The translations under genes were made by a program, and so were the position numbers. The notes beneath the pieces were generated by a model, which was not told where the DNA came from, ran no database searches, and worked only from the letters and a program-made list of their open reading frames with translations. 64,000 nt of DNA from Eledone cirrhosa (lineage: Eukaryota): the NCBI GenBank assembly GCA_964016885.1, contig OZ024742.1, positions 128,712,001 to 128,776,000 on the forward strand. Reading direction: 5' to 3'. This document shows, in pieces, positions 50,884-64,000 of the stretch; the first letter of the stretch is position 1, and each line of letters starts with the position of its first letter.

Positions 50884-50895
50884 CCTGTCCAGCAT
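50884..50895 (-). CDS. SNX9: Sorting nexin SNX9/18/33 family (SH3PX1/lst-4-like), putative first coding exon (MLDR)
   Basis: ATG CTG GAC AGG|gtaagc donor, phase 0, joins in frame to the SH3 exon at 49683; parallels the 4-codon first coding exon (MATK) I recall for vertebrate SNX9. The frame stays open upstream to an ATG at 51099. Confidence 0.6.
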
Positions 50896-52993
50896 TGCTG
50901 CCTGAATTTCCCTGCTTCCAACCTGTCTGCATACATCAGGTTTCCAGAAAAGAACTCTGCCAGCAGGTTCATTGTGACATTTCATATATCTGACTAATGC
51001 AAGCCTCCTACACCTTAGTGATGTGAGGAAAGTGAAAGTGTGAGCCATAGAGTGGTTTATATTCTCCAGGATATATTCTGGACCTTTCTCAACATTCATG
51101 TGAATGTGTCATTAATCCATTAAAAAGATAACAAGACCTAATTATGTAGTGTGGTCAAACAAACAAAACAATGTTAGACATTGACTAATACAATTTCAAT
51201 TATTTTGGAAAATACAGAAGACAAATCAGGACATGTTCTGTCATGTTAGGACTTCATCAACAAAACATAAATTTCACTATACCACTTAGCTAACCATCAA
51301 ATGCCAACCAGAATGTACAGTACAGTGGTTAAAGCTTCTTGGTAATATTAAACTTGGCAGCGTCCATCTCTCTCCAAGTCAGAATACACCTGGTTTGTGC
51401 GTTTCTCTGTGTGTTTGCATATATGAGTGAGTGAGAGGGGGAGAGATGGGGGGAGGGGGTTTAGAAAAAAAAGAGGGAGAAATAGAGTGAGACAGAGAGA
51501 GAGAGAGATAAAGATAGAGAGAGAAAGAGAAAGATAATCAGCCCCAGAATTTTATTTATCCATTGCAAAAGGAAGAAAGGCATTTGAACTGTGCACAATG
51601 AGCAAGGATGCAAAGGCATTTTAAATCCACCATAACACTGGTTAGCAGAGAAAAATAAGCCCGTTCTAATATATAAAGCCTTTTGATACCAAACTGTCCC
51701 TGCTTCTATGATACAAAACTGTTTCAAAAAATATATATATTTATCTAAAAAAGAAAAAAAAACTATCATAACTTTATTTGAAAAATTTTCTTATGTTCCA
51801 AACACCAGATAAATAATGAGAAAGTAAGTTATATTACTAAATTCCTCCAAATTCTAGGTATATTTTCAAAATTACTCCATATACTGAATATAAGCTAACC
51901 CTTTATTTTATGTTTAAAAATGGCAAAAAATTCAAACCCCATGTATAAGCCAAGGCAGCTAAACCAACATAGGTTTAGATGGTCTGGCTTTGAAATTCTC
52001 ATGAGTGGGGAATATATTTATGAAGTTTTAAAAGGTTTTAAATGTTGTTTAGAGTATAGTTTTTCTTTCAGAAATCTATTACATAATGATTTTTTATCAA
52101 TTTCTAACCATTTTGAAGATCATATTCATTCAAAATATCAAAAACAATAGGAAAAACGAATTTCATGTGGAAAGGGAAACCAATGTAAAATAGTTGAATT
52201 AAAGATAAAACAAACAACGGAACTTTGATGAGGCATGATGACAATGACGGTGGTTATGTGACCATGGTGACAACAACGTTGATTCAGGGGCATGTAACTC
52301 AATTGTACACAAGTGAAGCTGTGAAAATGAAGAAAAAGATAGAAAGAAAGAAAAAGAGGAAAGGAAGAAGGAGAAAGAAAGAAATGAAGGCGAAAAAACA
52401 AAACAGGGTGGGGAAACCTTGCAGAGAACCAGGTGTAAATTAAATAGGTGTATGTAGGACTGTGGCATATGTTTTGTGTGTGTGGGGGGGGGGGGGGTTA
52501 CATATGTGATGTCATGTTTATGTCTGCTTTTCCATGCTTGCTTACATGTATGTATGTTACACTTTCATATATAGAAAACTTGCCAAATAAAGGGTTGAGA
52601 GGACTCTTCAGTTGTACCAAAAACATGACAGCCCCATTGGCACTGGTGCCATGATATAATGCACCCAGTGCACTCTGTAGGAATGCATGTAAATATTAAA
52701 ATCACATTTCTCATAATGGAGTAAGTTGTATAAATAATTTACAAGATATACATTATAAAATATAAACAATGTATGAAGCCTAAAATGTTGGCTTTTAACC
52801 GCTGAGAATATTTATATACCTAAGTATAAAGCACAGAAATGCTATAAAGATATCTTATAAAATAAGGTGGAGACCCTTAAAAGATGGAAAAAGAAGTTGC
52901 TATCAGCTGTTATGAAGGGTCTTCACATTTTATAAGCTGTCTTTATAGCAATTCTCTACTTGCACATCATCCTTTATACTTATATATATATAG

Positions 52994-53545
52994 TTTACCA
53001 ATCCATACGTACATATATATATGTGTGCATGTATGTATATATATATACATACTACTGTACGTCTGTATACATATATGTATGTACGTATGTATACATACTT
53101 ATATTTAAGTAACAGCCATACTAAGAGTGGGAAATGAAATTTTGTTTCATTTTTTCCGTTTATCGTTTTCGGTGCGCCTGGCCGATTAACCCACTCGATA
53201 TGCAAATTAGGCTGCTCAGCCGTTAATATGCATAAGGAAAGTATATACTTTCAGACGTTCAATCATCTGGCAAGAAGGTATACATTGCTGATGATAGCTA
53301 ATAAGCTTGAAACTAGTACAGCGTTCCTTTGTCAGTGTTGAACAAACGAGCAACGATGGTTGCTAGACACTACGGCTTAATACGGAATGTTTGTTACAAA
53401 CACACCGAGCATTATAATAAATGTTCGATGAATCCATACGTACATATATATGTAAGTGTACATGTATGTATATATATATATATACATACTACTGTACGTC
53501 TGTATACATATATGTATGTACGTATACATACTTATATTTACCAAT
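52994..53545 (+). mobile_element. Small non-autonomous retrozyme/Penelope-like element with terminal direct repeats
   Basis: ~105-bp direct repeats at 53000-53107 and 53431-53540, internal HHR, candidate TSD tttaccaat at 52994-53002 and 53537-53545. Confidence 0.55.
53283..53323 (+). ncRNA. Minimal hammerhead ribozyme
   Basis: CATTG-CTGATGA-TAGCT(AATA)AGCTT-GAAAC-TA-GTA-CAGCG; palindromic CTAG stem III; weak stem I. Confidence 0.55.
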
Positions 53546-54429
53546 TTAGTGTTACAGAAAAACATTACTTCTATGCTATAAATTTAATGTTTAATGATTC
53601 AGTCAGGAACCAATTATTTAACCATTTTAATATCAAACCACCTGAAACCACCCCTGGTTCTATGGTACAAAACTATTTGCTTTAATACATTTATAATTAC
53701 CTAACATTGATTTGGTAAACTTATATTTTATAATTCATATCTTGTAAATTACTTATATAAATTACTCCACATTTCACTGTATGTGTTTTTAAATGCTTTT
53801 TCTGGACAATTCTTGGTGCTTAGTCAATATATATTGGCCAAATATGTTTAACAACTTTTTAGCATTCTTGAGATTTTGTCGATAATCTGATATACTATCA
53901 TTGTATTCTATATTGGTACTACAATTATTATTAATGTTAACTTTTTAATGTTAATTGTATTCTTATCTACACTAATTGAATTGTATGTAGAAAATAAATG
54001 TTATTAATTTGGTTAAATTTTCTCCGTTATATTATGATTTTTGTTATATAATAATAATTGTTTCTACTTTAGGCACAAGGCCAGCAATTACCCAGTGCAT
54101 TACTGGTACTTTATTTTATCGACCCCCGTAAGGATGAAAGGCAAAGTCAACCTCGGCGAGATTTGAACTCAGATTGTAAAGGGACGTAACTATGCTGGAA
54201 AGCATGGCGTCCGACCCTCTACCGATACTGCCAATCCACCAATAATGAAATTTGTGTGTATAGTGCTCAGGTGCACTACAACTCATCAAAGGTGTATGTA
54301 TAGTACATAGAATAATTGTTTCTACTTTAGGCAAAAGGCCAGCAATTACCCAGTACATTACTGGTACTTTATTTTATCGACTCCGTAAGGATGAAAGGCA
54401 AAGTTAACCTCGGCGGGATTTGAACTCAG

Positions 54430-54670
54430 ACATAGAATAATATACAAATGTCAGGGAAGTGAATAGTGTATGAGTCATGATATACATGTGTGAGTGTGTA
54501 TGGAGGGGGAATATTAGGTGTAGTGATGGCGAATCTCAGGAAGCATGGAGGTTTTAAAGGATGCAGTGTCTTGGCAGCTAATAACTGATGCAGGTAGTTT
54601 GTTCCATGCTTCAGCAACTCTGAGCAGGAAAAAATGTTTCCGAAAGTCATGGGAGCTGTGCTGTTTTCTG
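54430..54670 (-). mobile_element. CR1-clade LINE 3' fragment
   Basis: RKQHSSHDFRKHFFLLRVAEAWNKLPASVISCQDTASFK matches the CR1 ORF2 terminal motif FFxxRVxxxWNxLP...FK. Confidence 0.8.
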
Positions 54671-55525
54671 TTTTCTGAGCTAACAAACCAACTTTCAGCC
54701 ACATTTTCAACTAATCTCATGTCCATGTCCTATATATATCTGATATCTAACACTACTTAATCTATTTATCAACTAAAATAATATAAAAACAAATATTCAA
54801 TTAAGAAATTCCAAGGAAGAAACCAACTGAAAAAATACCAAACTCTCATTTCAAGGAATACCAAAAAATGTTAATTGTTACAGTTCTAATGTTTTAACCC
54901 TTTCATTACCATATTTCTAATGAAGAACACTGCTTGTAATTTTCAAATCCTTCTAAAAAATAATCAAAAATTTAGATGGATTTAGTAATATAACTAACTT
55001 TCTCATTGTTAAACTGGTATTTGGAACATAAATATTTTTAGATAAAATTACAATGAAAAGGTTAAATATAAACACTTTAAAATAAACAATTTTGTATTGT
55101 AGAATCAAGAGTGGTTTCAGGCAGTTATCAAAAGGTTTAAATCTAATAAAACACTAACTGAGAATCCATTCTCACAGACTGAATATATACCATAACTATC
55201 AGTTACTTGTCTGACTAAAATATTCTGATATCAACCAACCCTGATATCTAGGCATTAGAAAGGGCATCTAGCCATAGAAATAATGCCAAAATTAGTAATG
55301 TATGAGCAAGATGTGGTTATTACATCTGTTTTGTCTCAGACCATGATGACCAAAACCAACCCAAGTAAGCATGGAAAAAGGATGGAGGAGGGGAAGGAGG
55401 ACAATGGCAGTATAAGGAATATGGTATAAGAAATTTAAAATTATAATATATGCTTTAAAAAACATCCTAAAACATGCTTATTTGTTAATTAGTGGCAATT
55501 TAAGGTTTGAAAAGACCATATATCT

Positions 55526-55735
55526 TAACTCTGAACATCTTAGTAGAAAATAAATTAAAAAACGGGTTTGTTGATTCAAATGTAACTATCTTAATAGTCA
55601 GATTGTTGTGAAAATTTGCTGTATTGAAGTAAAGACTACAATTCTTAATGTGATGCAGTCATAGTGTTGCTGTTTTTTTTTGTTTTTTTTTAATGTCTTA
55701 ATGTGGTTTCATGTGGTACAGGACGTTAAGAGTTA
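55526..55735. mobile_element. TTAA-flanked piggyBac-like MITE family 1 (others at ~870-1230, 5465-5680, 6109-6318, 8195-8967, 17220-17391, 50210-50432)
   Basis: Ends TTAA-CTCT(T/G)AAC...GTTAAGAG-TTAA with a shared internal sequence. Confidence 0.7.
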
Positions 55736-56340
55736 AAGCTAAAATGTAACTCTTAAGTGGTTGGTATTCAAATGAGGAAATTTCTGCAATGAAACTTGGA
55801 AATGAATTTTAGTTGATTGCGAAGAGAAAGGAAGCAGTATTTTTAGTGATTAACTAAAGGTAACCCATTTTAATTGTTTTATGATAATAAACCAATCTAT
55901 AAGATGAAAACAGAATGTGCTAGAACTGCAAACTATTCAGCTGGCTGTATCAATACACATATTTCAGGAGAAAAGTAGATATGTGGTGGTGGTGGTGGTG
56001 GTGGTGGTAGTTGTTGTGGTAGAGGTGGTGGTAGAGGTGGATGGATAACATTGACAGTTAATGTAAATATATCAAGCTTTCTTGTTTGAGGAGAGAATAG
56101 AAAACACACAACAATAGTTGAAATTCAAAACACTACTGCAGCTTCAGTCAGCTTCAAATCAAACCTGTCTCTAATTGCTAAATTTCTATTCTGAATGGTT
56201 GATAATGGTGGATTAATATTTCTTAATAATGTTGAGTGCTTATTGATTCATCATTCATTCTTCTAAAGAACTTGTAGGAAGGAGAAAAGGAAAAGAAAAA
56301 GAAAAGAAAAGAGAAAAAGAAAAATATTGCATATATATAT

Positions 56341-56374
<34 letters not shown>

Positions 56375-57313
56375 TTGGTTTCTTTTTAATACACAGAATT
56401 ACTTTTGTGAAGAGAACTAGCAATTCTAACTCACAAATAAGATATACAGATATTTCTTTCCACTTCACTCCAACACCAGTAACAAATAATCAGCTGGCTT
56501 CTTTAATTATTACCATCAGAGGATTGGCAGTATTGGTAGAGGGTCGGATGCCATGCTTTGATGCATAGAGTTACAGTCCTTGCCATTATGAGTTCAAATC
56601 CCGCCGAGGTTAACTTTGCCTTTCATCTTTCGGGGTCGATAAAATAAAGTACCAGTAATACACTGAGTAATTGCTGGCCTTGTGCCAAATGTAGAAACAA
56701 TTATTAGAAAATAGTGAATTTCAGTAAAAATTGTTAATGAAAATGCAAAGATTCCATCACCACCACCAACCAGTCTTTCGTTGGTGGCTGTTGTAATGCT
56801 GCTGATATACAACCATTTCTAGCATTTCATCAAATAATATATCTATCACATTTCATTATAACTATGGTGAATTGGCAGTATCGGTAGAGGGTCGGACGCC
56901 ATGCTTTGACGCATAGAGTTACGGCCCTTGCCATTCTGAGTTCAAATCCCGCCGAGGTTAACTTTGCCCTTCATCCTTACAGGGTCGATAAAACAAAGTA
57001 CCAGTAATGTACTGGGTAATTGCTGGCCTTGTGCCAATAGTAGAAACAATTATAACTATATTTTTCAGAACATCAGTCGCCAAGTGTGTGTGTGTGTGCA
57101 TTGCGAAGGCGTGTACCTTGGCGGTTAGCTTGGTGAGTTCATGGGTTATTAGTTTGATTCCCAGTGTCACACTGTGTCATTGAGCAAGACACTTTACTTC
57201 ATGGTGTTCCAGTTCAGCTGCAAAAATGGGTTGTACCTGTAATTTTAAGATGGAAGCCAAAACTTTGAATCTCCCAGCATGACACAGCCAGCAGTTTTCC
57301 CAGCAAGCAAGGG

Positions 57314-62700
<5,387 letters not shown>

Positions 62701-62702
62701 GT

Positions 62703-62890
62703 ATATCTTCTTCGCCCACTTATTCCTGAGAGAGTTGCGGGCGCAGAGTCCTTAAACATTTGTTCCTGTGGGCCCTGTCTAACTGATCTGATTGGATCCC
62801 CGAACGAGACCAGCCAAGCTCATGGATGTTAACCAACCATCTTGCTTTGGGCCTACCCCTGGGTCTCCTGCCAGTTGGTTTTGCCCATAG
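62703..62890 (-). mobile_element. 3' end of a second RTE-type (Rex3/Expander-like) LINE; another 3' end begins at ~63961
   Basis: WAKPTGRRPRGRPKARW...ELGWSRSGI motif; the 3' end 'ggaataagtgggygaagaag' also occurs at 63961-63980. Confidence 0.65.
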
Positions 62891-63028
62891 AATAGATAAT
62901 AGAAAATAGAGGACTGATACTATTTGGGGATGGCCTGCCAATTCTGTGTTATTGTAATGGCGAACCATCCCCATTCTCTGTTGATGTTCACCATAATTTT
63001 ATTTCGTTACATAACTAACTCTGCAATT

Positions 63029-63104
63029 AACACCTGATGAAATCGCCTAAGTCTTGCATCATAATCAGATGACAAAGCCAGACCATTGAAATATGTTTAG
63101 TGTT
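63029..63104 (+). ncRNA. Degenerate hammerhead ribozyme
   Basis: AACAC-CTGATGA-AAT...ATT-GAAA-TATGTTTA-GTGTT; one change from the TATGTATA stem III of the 37-39 kb copies, and an eroded stem II. Confidence 0.45.
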
Positions 63105-63466
63105 TTTGTGGGATTAAAATTCTCAAGAAAGTTTCCAGTCCGGCCTTCTGTTTTTAATGAGTATTTAACTCCATTGCTGCACTATCTACGAGATATCACA
63201 TATATCTATACTCACAGATAAAACAAAAGCAAGAAAAACAAAAACCTACACAAACTCTATTTTGCACATCTGTTGATAAAATGCTATCTACAATTTTTAT
63301 AAAGAAAAAAAAAAATGATTATCCCTTCAGACAGAGGACTAATCTTTCTTTGCTTTCATTAAGGATTATTGTAATCAAATCACTCTAAAAGGCAGTTTAA
63401 TATTTTATATAAAAAAGAAAACCAGACATTCTAGGGCATGTATGTAAATGCATACACCTGCACAAA

Positions 63467-63600
63467 GTGTGTGTGTGTGTGTGTGTGTGTGTGAGTGTGA
63501 GTGTGAGTGTGAGTGTGAGTGTGTGTGTGTGTGTGTGTGTGCGTGTGCGTGCGTGTGCGCGCGTGTGCGCGTGCGTGTGTGCACGTGCGCGTGCGTATAT
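63467..63600. repeat. (GT)n-(GTGTGA)n-(GC/GT)n microsatellite
   Basis: Visible directly in the sequence. Confidence 0.9.
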
Positions 63601-64000
63601 GACTTTCTTTTGATTTTTTTCATTTCTTGATTATACTTTTATAAATAAAGCTAAGTGTACTTTATCACTTAAGTAGATTTCTACTGCCTCCACTAGTGAA
63701 GAAAGGGACATAAAGCTATGAACCGATAAGGTGATAGCAATGAGGAAATAAAACATTTTGAATATTTTTAGTACTAACCATTAACTAAAAACTTCTTTTT
63801 ATACTATCTTAATTCAGAAACTTTCTTTCTCACAGTATCTTGTTTTGAAGCCTTGTGGCAATTTTATTTTACAAACTATATTAAGAGTTGTGCTTGTTTG
63901 GCAAGTGAATTGGTTTGAGACTGTTGAAACTGAAGCAATTATATTGTGGAAGAATCTTTTCTTCTTCACCCACTTATTCCTGGGAGGGTCATGAGAGCAA

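Noticed and set aside
51225-51268. Hammerhead-like TTGATGAAGTC...GACAGAACATGTC on the minus strand
   Set aside because: Both conserved boxes are altered and stem I does not pair.

Overview
AT-rich, repeat-dense animal genomic DNA. The SINE, RTE-LINE and microsatellite landscape suggests an octopus or other coleoid cephalopod (inference). The minus strand carries most of one intron-rich gene, a sorting nexin of the SNX9/18/33 (SH3PX1/lst-4) family with SH3, low-complexity, PX and BAR regions. I reconstructed 12 coding exons from 50895 down to 2384, all with canonical GT/AG sites and consistent phase; the gene probably continues beyond the left edge. The introns hold an intact 1040-aa RTE LINE with a PHD-type zinc finger inside its RT domain, a truncated relative of it, fragments of Dong/R4, CRE, L1/Tx1, CR1 and L2 retrotransposons, two Mariner relics, a solo LTR, TTAA MITEs and many SINEs. 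A ~5.4 kb TA/CA microsatellite lies upstream of the candidate first exon. The most unusual signal is a set of up to nine type-I hammerhead ribozyme motifs, concentrated at 37.6-40.3 kb. Several sit in Penelope-like inverted repeats or fold-backs that place a sense ribozyme next to its own antisense copy in the host pre-mRNA; one sits in a small retrozyme-like element with terminal direct repeats and a candidate TSD.
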